This document shows positions 31,667 to 46,300 of a stretch of DNA of 64,000 nt, in pieces. Position 1 is the first letter of the stretch, and the number at the start of each line of letters is the position of its first letter. This stretch comes from Botryllus schlosseri (lineage: Eukaryota), in assembly GCA_051294905.1 (NCBI GenBank), contig CM119372.1:9426001-9490000 (forward strand), in the 5' to 3' direction. A program made the translations under genes and the position numbers. The notes under the pieces are model-generated. The model was not told the origin of the DNA, searched no databases, and saw only the letters and a list, made by a program, of their open reading frames with translations.

Positions 31667-33337
31667 TAGGGCTGGGCAAAATCGCGTGCCTGAGTGATTC
31701 GATTCTGAATCACGTATTATCATTGATAACTAACCTACGGAGGTAGGTTAGATATCTATAGTATTATACTTCGAGTCGAGTATTCGATTATCACTCATTA
31801 TGACGTCATAACAGAATGTATTATGTCAAAGTTAAAATATGTACCTTTGATGCCACTATACAAAAAAATATAATGCCTGTTATCCATCATATTAAAGATA
31901 ATTTGGTGTTTTTTCGACCCTACAGATTTCATTGCACTTTGTGACAATGTTGTGGGAGGATCATGACTTCGGAAAGGTGTTATTTCCGGTAACAATAGTA
32001 GCTTTGTACTTCATGTTTCGTACGCTGGGATACGGCCAATCAAGGTTTCAAGGCTTTCACAGTGGAAAATAGTATCGAAACCATAATTCTAGTTCAAGGG
32101 TCGGCAACCTACGGCCCGCCAAGCGAAATCGTCCGGCCCGCGACGAAATAATTAGTTATCACAAGAATACGGCCTGCCGTTTCGTAATGAGTTCCAACCT
32201 GCAGGGCAGCACTATACAGCACTGCTGGGTAAGAGTGCGACATTGTTACGATGTAAGTATCCTACGTCGTATTGGTCTATTGTTACGCCATAAAACTGAT
32301 GCGAAGACTGTTGATTAGCAGCCTATCTCGTACTAAAAATAGGAGAGGGAGAATGTATGTAGAGTAGACTAGACCAGTGCTTATAAAGCGTGTGTATCGC
32401 CCAACCATAGGTATACCATACTTTTTAAGGTGTTGCCACTCTGATAGGGTGCGACATTAAAGGTGCGGTTCCTCTGCTTCAAAAACGCTTGGAACATCTC
32501 AGACGCAATGACAAAATCTCAAACTTTCCGTTTCATATGAGATAACCAGCCTCCGTAGGTTAGTCATCTGCAGTTTAATTCACCAGAAGACATTGTACGC
32601 CAAGACAACAAACCTGAATAGTGTTTTGGACACAGTGGGGAAAGCTGGTTTTGTCTCACAAACTTGATCACCGACAGTTAGCCTACCCCATATATTACTA
32701 GAAGCAGAGAATCAATATGGCGATGTCCTGTATATCTGCCATGTTCGCACATTAAGTCGAGCCGATATCCTTGCACGAGTGTATGAACTGAGAAACGAAA
32801 TAGCAACTTTCCTTGAAAATACAAACATCGCCGACTCATGTGCGTACGCATGTGAAAAATAGTTTAAAACAATTGAATTCACGAAGAGCAAGCTAAGATC
32901 ACGTATTCTAATGCCCATTTAATATGTGGTTTGATTGTTGCTTCATCTGACTTATTATTAGAAGTTGAAATTCTTTCACAAAGCATGCTGCGCCAAGTGT
33001 CACATTTATGCTGCGTTGTTGAAGTGTAAATACATGTGTTTTGCCCTTTTTGTGATTTGTATGATTGAGATTGCAGCAATGTAGGGTACTAAACCGACGT
33101 GAGCGTTAAATATAGTATCAAGAAAAATTCCGGCCCACCAAAAAGTTGTGCATTCGGAATTTGGCCCGCGACTAGCAAAAGGTTGCCGACCCCTGTTCTA
33201 GTTGATAAAATATCTTTCGGTGGCTAGGAGCGTATAATTTCAGTACTCGAAAAAATCGTCTTTTACTACTCGACTCAAACCATTAAAATAATTACTCGAT
33301 TCAGATTCGAGTACTCGAATTATTGTGACCAACCCTA
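31667..33337. mobile_element. hAT (Ac-like, TAGGGCTGGGCA TIR) MITE carrying a nested Buster-type element
   Basis: Perfect TSD ATCACAGT; GATTCGAGTACTCGA subterminal motifs; uninterrupted inverted copy at 60355-60867. Confidence 0.9.
32095..33195 (+). mobile_element. hAT Buster/SPIN-like deletion derivative with transposase relics
   Basis: TIR CA(A/G)GGGTCGGCAACC; perfect TSD TTCTAGTT; relic YGDVLYICHVRTLSRADILARVYELRNEIATFL (consensus ...EVRWLSRG..L.R..EL..EI..FL) and YACEK*F...KSKLRSR. Confidence 0.9.
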
Positions 33338-34391
33338 ATCACAGTTCGAGTATAGATTTCGAACCTCCGTAGGCTAGTAATTCATAGCTCGAGCATAGCA
33401 ATTTACAACGCTACGTTGTAAATTGCTATGGTTCAAGATTGAGAAACTTTATATGACGTTGCCGCCAACTAGTGATATCTATTGTTACAAACCGACAACG
33501 CTTGCGGAATTTGATCAGGGCAAAGAAAGAAAGAAAGAAAGAATAAAAAATTAAATGGAATTATTATTTTGAAACTTCACGATGTTTGACAGGACAAATA
33601 TGGTATCACGCACGCACGCTGTCATTCGTTATTTTTTTAATAGCTGCACATTAGTAGCGTTGGTTTGACTTGTCACCGACTATCACCGACTATGTGACAA
33701 TTCAAAATTTATTTTGCAATATTCACTCGCTGTCTCAGTTCAATTTAATTCGTCCAGCATTTGGTTTAGAACTTGATCGCACGGAGAGTTAGGAAGATAG
33801 TTTTGGAAGTTGAGACTTTGGAGACGAATCAAATCAGCTGATGGGTTTACGGTTGAATGATTTGACGTAATAACTATTGTGGACACTTTATGCTAAATGT
33901 CGGCGGATCGCGACCATTCATAACAAAGGACCGCTGTTCTATCTCCAGTGCAATTCTGCACAAGTATTGGTGATAGCTTGCCGGCTTTTGGATTATGATG
34001 GTGTCAGGCTTGTCTTTCGATAGTCTTTGACATGTTATCCGAAACTTGTGTGTTGCTGACCGTAAGCTGCAGTGTAGGTTCACATCAATTTCACCTCGGC
34101 GCTTCGTTTTGACACCTTCCGTTTGTTTCCAATATAGACCAGTGTTAAGATTATGTAAATTGATAAAAAAATCTAATAAATCAATCTATTGAATATTAAA
34201 ATTAACGAAAACCGCACATGTATTGGTATCAGTATCAGTGACCCAGTACTTGGGTAGTTAACAGTTAACAGTGTTACTGATGCAGTAATCTATATTTTTG
34301 ATAGATATTGAACCAAAGTGAAGCATGTTATGCTAGTGGTGTAAGTAAAAGACCTTTGTGCTGCTACGATGGAATTATTTTAGCTGTATGA

Positions 34392-37300
34392 ATGTTGAAA
34401 TCATTTCGTCAAAGACGTTTGAGACGAGTTCGCAGCCAAGCTCGCACGCCAACTTCCTGTGAAAAGAAAGAAAGCGACTCTCAGGGCAAGTTTGAACACA
34501 CATTCACTCGTAAGCAAAATCACTGGACTTTAGGTGATTCTGAGTTAGAAGATAGCGACATGCCTGCAGTTGCTCAAATTCTTGAGGTAATTTCTGATGA
34601 TTTTCCTCCAATTCCAATCAGTGTGTATTTTACTTTGCATTGTTGGCAATAAATTTGTGATTTCAGCAGCATATATTCTACTATGGACATCTCCGTGTCT
34701 TTCAATTAAAAATGGAAATTGCATGACCTAGTGGTAGCAACAGATGAAGTAAAACGTTTCACTGCTGACATGATTATGAACAATCTATTGCAAATTATGT
34801 GATATGCCAGTTGATTATGGCATAAAACTTTTCTCACCAATCTCAAAGCATAGCACTACGCCATTCAGTCATAAACTCTTTATTATGATTCATTAAATTT
34901 TGCCTGATATATTTCAGCTCAACTGCAAACATGTGTGCATGTCTACAGGCATGTGCCCTCAACATTTAACACCCCAGATCAGAGCTGCTAACATAACACA
35001 CTTACTTCTCAAAAGTAATCGTAACATGAACAACGTTGCTAGCTACTATGACTCTTACTACGACTTCCAATGCAAGCTATACTTGAATATTTCTGCCCAA
35101 ATTGTGAGTCAGGAACATTTTGTTATGACTGTGACTCCTAAGCAGCCAAAAATGTCCTTCCTTAGCATAGGGTTACCATATTTTGGAAATCTGAAAAGAG
35201 GACATTTTTTTCAAAAATTTGAGTTCTGTAACACCGGAGGCACATCCTGAAGAAATGGTAAAAAAAGCTCAACTTTCCGGCCCAGCTCGCGAAATAGCCG
35301 CCGGAGCGTTACTTCAGTGCTGATTTACTGTATCTCGCTCCAATTTCACTCTATATTTCAACAAAATTCTAAAAAAAGAGGAAAAATCTCAAAAAAGAGG
35401 ACATTTGGGCATCCTCCGAGGACACTTTATCATCTTAAAAGAGGACGTATGGTAACCCTATACCTTAGCATCAGCTCGATCCATGATCTGTCTTCGTAAG
35501 AAAAATATAGCATTCGTATCGTATTGTATTTACTAAACTGTATCAAATGATGGATTGCATAATGCCACAAAAAAGTCACTCACAAAACATCCACGGTATC
35601 CTTGTGGAATTACATCGCTCTTGAGATGAAGCTTGCGTGCGTTGTGATGATTTCATTAAACTATCTTATTTTCATGAATGATAGGCATAGTTTTCATTTG
35701 TTCTACCCATTGTGTTTTACTTCTTAGTAGGCCTACTACTTGATGCAACAAATTCACAGAAATCCAATCCAAAATCTCTTTTACATGCCTACAAGGAAGC
35801 ACAGACGGTCAATTGAATCAATTTCTCGGTAAATTTTTAGCGATTGGAAATACTGCCTGGATATGACGCGTACACTGTCGTCGGGTAGTCAAGCATGCAT
35901 TATATTGTCAGTGGACATCGAATTGGTAATTGAGCTGTGACAGTGTGACATTGCCTCTATAAGACATGTTGTACCAGGCTCAGTTGTAACTGGATGGGAT
36001 TGTGTATTATAGGTGCTTGTTGTGGTAATGATTAGACTTGTATCTAGCGCTATCTGGAAAGTTTTACTGTAATGTCTGACATTTCAGGGTATGAGGGATA
36101 CAGACAACTCCTTGATCAACAGGAAACTCCCTAGGGAACTGTTACTCAAGATATTCTCATTTTTGGATATAGTTACACTGTGTAGATGTGCACAGGTGAG
36201 TGAAGTGTATCTTTCTAGAGGTGGAGACACACTGCGCTTGAATTACATATGGTATAAGCTGATGCCCATTTCATATGGTAACTTGAATTTTCATTTGATA
36301 TGTCCTACTTTGAAGAATGTAGATAGCATAGTTTGAAACCTAAAACTGACCTAAATACGGTCTTCATAGTATTAAACCATCTACGATTATGCGTTGAAAC
36401 CAAATAACCGATTTCTCTGGAGACTTGTGTAAGGAATGAGAGTTGTCATAGAAAGTTAATTGTAACAATCCTGTAGGAGTTGATGCGCAAATTTTATGCC
36501 ATCATTTACGTACTCATTTCTGGAGTAACTTGCTGTTGAGCCGCAGTATTGATTTGGATTTTACTTGTACCGTCATGAAGAAATATGCCACTAGTACAGA
36601 AATAACCTAGTTGAGATTGACTTGCTATAATCGCTATGATGATAGTCTTGACGTGGAGTACGAAAATCATGGATCTATAATACCTATAATTATATTGCAA
36701 TTCTGTCGTCACTCGTTATTATTCTAATTTATCCTGAATATTTCATTGTGTGAAATCTTACAAGTGCCTATTGCTCTATTGATTAATTGATATGCACTTA
36801 TGATTAGAAATGACGGCACAGTTTGCTCTGCTCTACTCCATCTCTACTTCAACCAATGGATTCTTATGGTTATGACGATTGTAATGTTTGTGATTTATGG
36901 TAATATATTCTGCCACTACTATCTCGCTACCGTAATCATTTTTCATTGCTTTGGAACACAAGATATCGTTGAGAAGAACTTATTTTTTACCCGCAAAGGC
37001 ATTCCTTTGCTTGCAATATTGCTGTTACTATGACACATTGGGCTGACAAAACCAATGGTAAATATACTGCTACCGCATTCCTTACATTTTGGTATTGGCC
37101 AATTGAAAAACAGCATTGCTCCCACTCAATTCCTAGATTCGCCGGTGCTGTTCGCACTAGTTCATTATATGATAACTGAAAAACTTATGCAGAAAAGTCA
37201 GACTGAGTTACGGTACTACTATATGTGTCAGGTATGCACAGGACCTGGTGATCGTAGTCTTTTAACATCACTACGGTTGTTTGGTCTATGTTTGCTTCAC

Positions 37301-40300
37301 TCTGTTCTTGACGTGACAAATTGTGCGAGGGAAAAATAGGAAAAGTTATTAGTACGGTATGTATAGGATAAAAAGTACACTTCCTTACGCTTTGATGAAT
37401 CCATATTTGATTTATTGCAAGTCATCAGGCCACTGGTACAGTGAACTGTGCTTGAAAAGTGGACGCCATATTCCAAGCCTTCCACCTTCGATTAAAGTGC
37501 AATGAATAGCCTACAGATTATCAACTCATGTTCAAGTTCTTCATTCAACTTGCCAATTTCTACTGTTGTTTCAGGTTTCGAAGTCGTGGAATCAACTCGC
37601 GTTAGACGGTAGCAATTGGCAGTCGGTTGATTTATTCAGCTTTCAAACAGATGTAGAGGTGATAATGAAATTGAGTCGTTTCCTGGTTTACTTTTCAACT
37701 CGCATGCACGTGCTACCGTGGTACCGTCATTTGTTGTAACAGCGCAATAACAAATCTAGGATGTTTCGCAGTATGATCAACAATTGATCGAATCTTTTTC
37801 ATCCTTGTTACCTTCGACAAACCTGACGTTTCTGGTAACCGAATTATTAAGACGTATCTATATGGAATAAATTAGGTCGCATATCTTGCAGATGTTATTC
37901 GAATGTTATACCTAGAAGATTCTGTATGGTATTTTGCTTCGAGGTGTTGATGAATGCTACTAATTTTGTGATTGATGAAAAATGGAAAATTTGCCAGCCA
38001 TACACGAAGTAGAATCTTTGTCTTGAAGTGTCGCATCAAATAAGTCCGATCTGCTGTGCATAAAAAGTGGCAAAACATATTCGGCACATAAAGTTGCTTG
38101 TATATAAATCATGAGAAATTGGGCTACTTCATACAGTTTTGGAGTTTAAGCCAAACATAGTTTGCATAACTTCAGATGACTTGGATTTTTTAAATACCCG
38201 AATCGGTATAGGCCTATGATGAAATGATCCAACAAATATAAATCGAGGTTGCCGAATCTGTGTACGCCTAATACTGCTAGTAAGCAAACTGAGATTGTTT
38301 CCCGCTCCCGTTCTAAACTATTTGATGAATGTTGTCATTTTGACTGTTAATTCATACGTGATTTTGTTTCAGAGTAAAGTCATAGAAAATCTATCGAAGC
38401 GGTGTGGTGGATTTTTGAAGAAATTATCATTGAAAGGGTGCATGAATATCGACGATAGGACGTTGCAAATTTTTTCGCAACATTGTCAAAACCTCAGCAA
38501 ACTGGTCTTAGATAAATGTACGCAAATTTCAGACAAGTAAGTGTCTTACAACATCTTTTGTCAGAAAACAGAGCATTCGTTTGTGCTAAAATTCTAGTCA
38601 AGTCTTTTTGTTGTCGAGGCTTGTTGAATGTTTTTAAGGCTTTAGTGTATTAGAACTAGGTAATAATTATCTTCGTGATGCTTACACACCAAATGACGTG
38701 GCTATGTAACAGTACTGATCGCAGTTAGACAACTAGAAAAATTTCAGTTTTTCCGAATTAGACGAAAATTAGCGATAGAGCCATACAGTTTTTTTCAAAT
38801 AGGTTTGGAATTAGAATTATAGCTACAGTTTTATTCCAAATTAGATTACTGAATCTACGAAAACTTGTGAATTGAATCAAGCGGACTACGTACATTCCAT
38901 ATCGTATCAGTTTCCATTTTCATAAGCATGAATATGGCTCGACTCATAGTTAGAGCAGTCAAATGTCTTGAGATTCCGTGAGGTGCTGCCGTTTTGTAAG
39001 TCAATTCCAAATGATGTAGGCTTTCAGAATTGATAGCTGACAATGACATGTAATGTGCAGCTTACAAGCAAGCTGTAATACTTGATGGGGGTGATGGTAA
39101 TTTGGGCTTCGAAAGTGCCCAAACATGGGTGGTGAACTTGTATTGAATATCATAACTTACTTCAAGCTGATTCAATATCCATTAGGAGATGGGAGTGCTC
39201 TATGATGCACCAAATGGTGGACCTTGTTATTTTTGCCCTTCAGCACCAGGCGTTGAGAACCCATACCGTGTTAACCCTAACACGCCTTTATTCTGTATTA
39301 TGATTGGTGTCCGTTACAGTCACACTTGGTCCTATGATGTGAAGGGAAGTGTCACAACAATTGTGGATTTACGGCATCATTTTATCAGCTCGTTCTCTGT
39401 ATTGACTGCACTTTTTTCGTTTGCAGAACGCTATTAAGTTTGAGCGAGAATTGCCCGTTGCTGAAAGCGTTGCATACCAGTTCGTGTCTCCACGTTAGCG
39501 ATGCTGGCTTGAAATTTTTAGGGTAAGTCTAGTTGCAAAGTGGGACTCTGTCAAATTAGGTATTCAAATGTCAGCTCAATTCAGCTAGACTTTGCAATCT
39601 ACAAAAATGCGAAATTACCTCTGCTTTTGCTACAGTAGCTTGACGTTTTGTTGATGTAAATTCCTCTTTCCAAACAAGGTTCACTCTGTAATAATGTGCA
39701 TGTTTTGCTTTACTATTAACATATGCCCATACCATGTCTGCCTTGAACAAATATGTAATGAAGTTTTAAATGAAAAAAACAAAAACATTTTTGGCTAATG
39801 CATATATATGCAGATTTCAGATTGGATTCAATCCTCGAAGTTATAGGAGAGGGCACTTGTCGATATTTATTGATTATAATCAATCACTAAGGTACCTGGT
39901 AGTGCTGATTGGTGATTGCAAAATAGAAATTCTTCTCAGTATCGCTAGTGATTGAATAGCCTATACGGTATCAATGTATCAGATGAAATATGACATTGCA
40001 ACTCACAGTATTGGCTAAAATAGTGCATCTGAGTGCGGCAACAAATCTGCCGCAGATTGATTTCAGAGATGTCACGAAGAAATGGACCCTTGATAGTTTG
40101 CATATCACTACTCTGCTTTCTAATATGACTCATCATTGTTGCTATATCGTTTCAATCTGTCATTTTCACAATCATTTGAGCTTTGCTTTGCATACTGGTT
40201 GAATATTACCTGGTATTGATGCTTCCATGTTTGAGTTTGTGATATTGGTTATTCAGCGCATGGCACATATGTTATTCAATAGTGCCAGAGTTCTGAAATA

Positions 40301-43300
40301 TGTTATAATATTATAAAACATGAAGGTATAAATTTCTTTTGACTGCAAGCAGGCTCAAGCGAACCTTGTAGCCAAAGTTCGATAAAGAAAATAGAGTGAT
40401 ACCAGTACTGTATTGTCATAATATTGAGAGGTCTCCATTGTTATTCCTTGCTTCATGATGCAATGTGCCAGCATAGCATTTTTGCAGCACCAGCCGGTCG
40501 TAATCGTCTGTAATCCATAATGAAACCATTCATAATCTCAAATATTTTATGAATGATATAATTGCATGATGAAACTGCCTGAAGATACATCCAAAATTGT
40601 ATAAGTGTCCGGATGCATTAAAGTGATGGATGTTTAATAAAATCTTTACTGCATATTTTAGGTTTAGGATGGTATTTTAGTTATCATTTGACAATTCCAA
40701 GATCTTTGTTCTTATCGCGCCGGAGTAATTGAATTTGAATAGGAAAATTTGCTCCATGTTTTGGATAAGCCACCAAAATGTTTCAATCCCGATAAACTTA
40801 TGCAGGGAAGATGGAATGGATTATATTTAATAGGCAACCACTCCCAACCAGTATATAAGAATAGAAAAAGTTATTACTATTGATTGGCAATCAAAAAAGG
40901 AATTTATTAAATTTTAATACCCTCGGTTGTATACCCTGAGGTAGAAAATCGATTAGTGAGAATGTGAGATGATAGTTACACGCAAAGTTTCCAAATCAAA
41001 TCTACTTCGTTTTGGCTGGTTGCAACTTGATGCTGATGGCGCTAAGCGAAATTGAGTAGGCCACCTGAGTGATTCGATTACCGGTATCACTCTTTATGAC
41101 ATCATGAGAGTAATGTTGGATTATCCGGATAACGGTTAACCGGTTAACCGCAGGTATTTTATTATCTGATAACCGGATATAAATCTGCCGGTTAACCATA
41201 TAAAAAAGAATTGTTGCTAATGCGTTTTACACTTTTTAGTAGGCTCCAATAAGTCGTATTCAGTATTGTGCGCGGCCTATTAGCGAGAAGCGTGTTGCCA
41301 ATTAGCGAGGTGCGTCTGTGCACATTGCACAATGTAACGCCACGCGATCTCCTGCTGAGAAGATCGTTGAATTACGTCATTGATTACCGCACGCTCGGCT
41401 ATCGTCTCTGGCCTGATTTACCGTGTCTTCAACAAGCCTAAGTTCCGCTGGAGTGAAGAATCGCATCTGCAATAGGCCGTGTGTAGTGTGCACACTATTC
41501 CATCGCTGGCCTGCACAATCGCATCTGCATTGGCTTGGTGCTCACGATATTATCGCTGACTTACACAATCGCATCTGCAATAGGCCTACGACGAATATCA
41601 TCGCTGGCCTAACCATCGCGTCTGGGACGTAGCATGCGTTGGCTCCTATCTCTCGATGGCTTGGTGACGATATGCCATTAAGTGTATTCTGATTAGTGAT
41701 TCTCGGAGTGACACCGTGAAACTGAATGACATCGAATGTTCGCAAACATGTGCGGTGCGTGCGAGCAAGCGTAATTGATTTCCGCTGATAATCAATTCGA
41801 AAAAAATCGAAACCCCCTCATTTTATTTCAACCCCCCCCTAAATTTTCGGCTGGCTACGTGCCTGATCACGTGGATTAGAGCGAGGTATCATGTCGGCAT
41901 CAATTCCAGTATCAGCTACTCGTCCTTCTGGTACTCCAAACTTAAACAGAAGAATGTTCAAAAGGAATGTAAAGTCGATGAAGTTTCCGGGAAACGACCT
42001 GCCAACTTTTAGACTCTCTGCGAAGTGCTGCTTACTATTCAGCCCACTTCTGTGGAAGCTGAAAGAGCACTCAATGCACGTGGACTCTTTGTTACAAAAT
42101 TCCGGTCCCGGCTTCAGGATGCCGCAATTGATGCATTGTGCTTTATTAGGAGGAACATTAAATTTGCGTGGTTTTTCTCGTATTCGCTCGTACTACGCGT
42201 GTAGGTAATAGGTATAGGTACTCTACAATGACACTGTGTAATGATTTTGCGATCCGTTTTTTCATGCAGACCTCATGAAATCGATTGTCTCACTTAGCAG
42301 TTAATATCCGGTTAACCGGTTAGATAAATTCCAAATATCCGGATATATCCGTTATCCGGATAGTGAAAATTATTGGTATCCGAACTAACCCTACATGAGG
42401 GTGTGGATGATGCGGAAAATTTGAATATGTACATTATATGCGACCAATAAGAAAATAATTCCTGCTGCACACCACAAAGATAATTTTGTATTTTTTAGAC
42501 CATTGATTCTCAAACTATTTTAGTCTCGCTCCCTTGATGATAGGGTAAATTTTCGCCCCCCCCTTGTGATAAAAAATAGTAGAAAGATCAACCAGAATGT
42601 ATGCAAGCCCAACGCATAGTTTGATGGCATGGAAGGTTATGACTGTTGACCGACCTCTCAAATATGAAATTCGGCCACACACAGAGCGATAATTCAGACT
42701 CGGACAACTAGATAGTTCTAGTTGTCTAATTTCACTAAATTAGAGCGAAATGCCAGTAATCTAATTCTTATCTAATTTGTGAAATGTTTCCGGGCTCTAA
42801 TTCTAATCTAGCTCGGTAAATATTTCATACTCTGTTCAATTGCTTGACAGACTGACAATAAAATCATAAGCTATACCATAACTACACGCATTCACGAGTT
42901 ACTTCTTATTTAGAGACATTTTTGGGTTGGTGCAATAAGGTCCATAATCTGTCACAATCTAGCATCGGTGTATGCATGGGACAACACAACTATGTCATTT
43001 CAAATCGTAATATAATGAGGAGTAATAATTAATACTCTATTTGGATTCAAAGTGATCAAGTCATTGTGCCCAGCCTTACATACTTATAATATTCCAGTAA
43101 AGTTTTGCCATATGGTCCTATTTCCTGGACGCTGTTATGCTCTGAATTCAATCTGAACCCGATTACAGCGATTGTAGTTATCCCATTATCTTGTTTCTTC
43201 CATCCAGGGAGCGCTGCCATAAGTTAGAAGTTCTCGACATAGCCTGGTGCGACGAGGTCACTGACGACGGGGTGGGACATATCGCAAAGAATTGCCCCAA

Positions 43301-46300
43301 TTTAAAGGAACTTATTTTGGTTGGTGTCACGGAGGTAAGATATGTGTTTTTGCGCCTCTGCGCACTTCTCCTACGTTTTCCGAATATTTTTGTTGCCGAG
43401 ACGCACCTCTCTTCGATATGCTGTGAGTTGTTGAAATTTCTAAAATGACTTTTGAATTCTCATCGTTTCAGATATCTGATGCGACTCTGGAAGCTCTGTC
43501 GCAGCACTGTCGCGGTCTACGGGTGCTGAATGTGCAAAAGTGCTCGGTAAGTGCCGAAGCCTATGCCATTTCAATTCCACTTGCCTTATCGTCATCATTT
43601 TATTAAAATTTTTTTCAAATCAACACAACTAGTCTAAAGGGTTAATGCACTTGATAGCGCTACGGCAGGGGCGGGCAACTTCTCCATCCGGCGGGCCGGA
43701 TAGGGAACATGAACATGAGGCGGGTCGGATTCCTGAATTTTTCATGAGTTTAGGGAAAATCCCCTCGTGGGAACGCGTCACAGATCCGTCCATCCTACCC
43801 TGCACTACCCTTTGTACGTACAATTCAGAGACGCACACATTCATGCAGTTGCGAACTATATCTGGATACGTCGACCGATTCACGGGCCAGCCCAAGTAGG
43901 GGATATGAATGTGATCAAAAATCATAATATATTTGGCCGTGCGAAAATGTCTTGCATAAATGAATGAATTTGATCAATGATATTGGTGAGTGTATGAGCA
44001 AGTGGTTTCTTCAAAAATCTACGACACGTATAATTATAATTTTGAACATTGATCATGGCATAAGAATATTCATTCATGAGCTTATCACAGATTATTCACT
44101 TCGAGCGGGTTCATTCTTATTAATTACTAAAAACTCCTGCAACCCAACGGCCATTCTAGTGTATCTATGATACTGTATTCTCATGATCAAGACACGCACG
44201 TAGAGACACTAAATCGTGCGTAGCGAGCGAATTTATTTTTAGTTGTAATCCATCTGTCCGAAAATATGCCACTATCCATGGCCCCCATTCGCCCATGGCC
44301 CCCATTCGCCCATGGCATACGTCAATGCGGTGAACATCAGTTGTATTGGAACGTCGCTTTGTGTTGCTAATGTCCATGCTCGAAAATGTTTGCGCCTAAT
44401 TGCCTGTAGACTGCGACGTTGGCCTCATCATCACGTAAAACCGCAAACTGTCGGCGGGCCGCACAAAATCCCGTCGTATGTTGCCCGCCCCTGTGCTACG
44501 GGCATATAGTTAGCAATTTACCTTGCCTGTGACCATTATATCAGTCCGTGATTAGTATAGTTTCGCTGATGAATACGACACAGTTTCCACTTGACGAAAA
44601 GTAAAAGCAAGTGGCTTGACTTGTTGAACCGGATACAGCTCAAAAACAAAATCACAACTAGTAAGGAAACATGGGTTTAACATTTCAGAAAATTAAATTT
44701 AGTTTCCAGCTTGTAGCCCATGCTCGAATCTACCAAATTATGTGGGCTCGGTAAAAGTTTATTTCAAATCAGAAGCACTGGTGCTATTTTCTTGAAGGAA
44801 TACGCTTCATCTTTTCTGTGATATCGACAAATTATTTCCTGGAAGTCACTTGTTCGAACAACTGTGGTTACTTTGTAAACCGATCGAGAGCCGATGTTCG
44901 AAAAGGTTTTCCATGTCGTAACAGCGTCAACGTCAAACTTGAAGTGGACTTTGATATGCTTTCTAATCCATAACCTGTCATAATTATCGCCTTGCGTCTG
45001 AAGTCATACATATTTTATCGCGATCGACTCTTCCAGGCTATCACCGACGACGGCATTCATCTGATCTGCCAAGGCTGTCGCGAACTGGTGTCCGTGAATT
45101 TGTCGGACATACCGAACCTCCGTGATTATTCCCTGCGATCTCTCTCTCAGCATTGCACCAAACTTCAAACGCTGCAAGTCGCGCATTGCTCGCAGCTCAG
45201 CGACGACGGTTTTGTGACGCTAGCTCAGGTCGGTGTCTTGATGTTTAGATGATATTTGTACTTGGGATGGTGAGAACATTCGGTTGCATTTGTGTTTGGT
45301 ATGGGAACCTCGTTGATTTAGAGAAGGACTTCCTAACCTTTTCTTTATTGCGGACCAGAAAATATTTTGATGCGGTTGCCTGGACCCTCCAACCGTGAAA
45401 TCTAGGAAGCTGACGACTCAGAAAACAGCTCATCACTCTCGCCCAGCCCTCGTCACAGCCTGATTATCAGTTGGAGAGCAATTATTTTTGTTCTTACAGT
45501 CTGTGTGGCTGTTGTGACTTGTGATGGGCTCTTAAAACAAGAGGAAATAAGGACGCAAGTCAAAAATCAGGACATATCTTATAAATAAGGACAATGTAGT
45601 TATATAGTTGTAGTTTCAACATTGGCCTTTCATGGACCCCTTAAAACTAGTCCCAAGGGGTCCCATGGACCCCAGTTTAAGAACACCTGATATAGAGACA
45701 AGCATTCCAAACGAACCCTGGCGGGTTCTACACTGTGAACGTTTTTGTTGTGAAACAATAGAATTTTGTGGATCTTAACAACCGCGGTTGCATTTCTTTG
45801 AACTATAATTCAATGCAAAAACTGAAATTTTGAATCGTGAAAAAATCTACTGATTCCCCGAAATTTTGTTTGAAGCAAGACGTCATTCCGATTACGAGTG
45901 CTAAAATCAGTCGTTTCTGTCGTTGCTACATGCTTGGCAGATCTAGCTATTGCCGATCAAACCGCAGATGGTTGGGTCTGTGCTGCAAGATTACTCAAGG
46001 GCTCTGAAGATTCTCTAAGCAGTCCTTCAATAGTGGGTTGGAATATAGAGGCCCTTGTGCGCCAAACTCGAACCTATCGAGGATTTTGCCATTGAATTGT
46101 AAGATTCTATTTGGTACGACATTTCGCATCCGTCCAACTCATCATCGACATCTTACGAATGCCACCAAGCATTATCTGATAGATTACTGCTATACTATAC
46201 ACCAACAATATATTATACTGACATCGGCAGAACTTCAAGCGCTAGTAAATACTCCATTCTTATCACACAACATGGTTAAATAACAGAAATTCAATAATGA

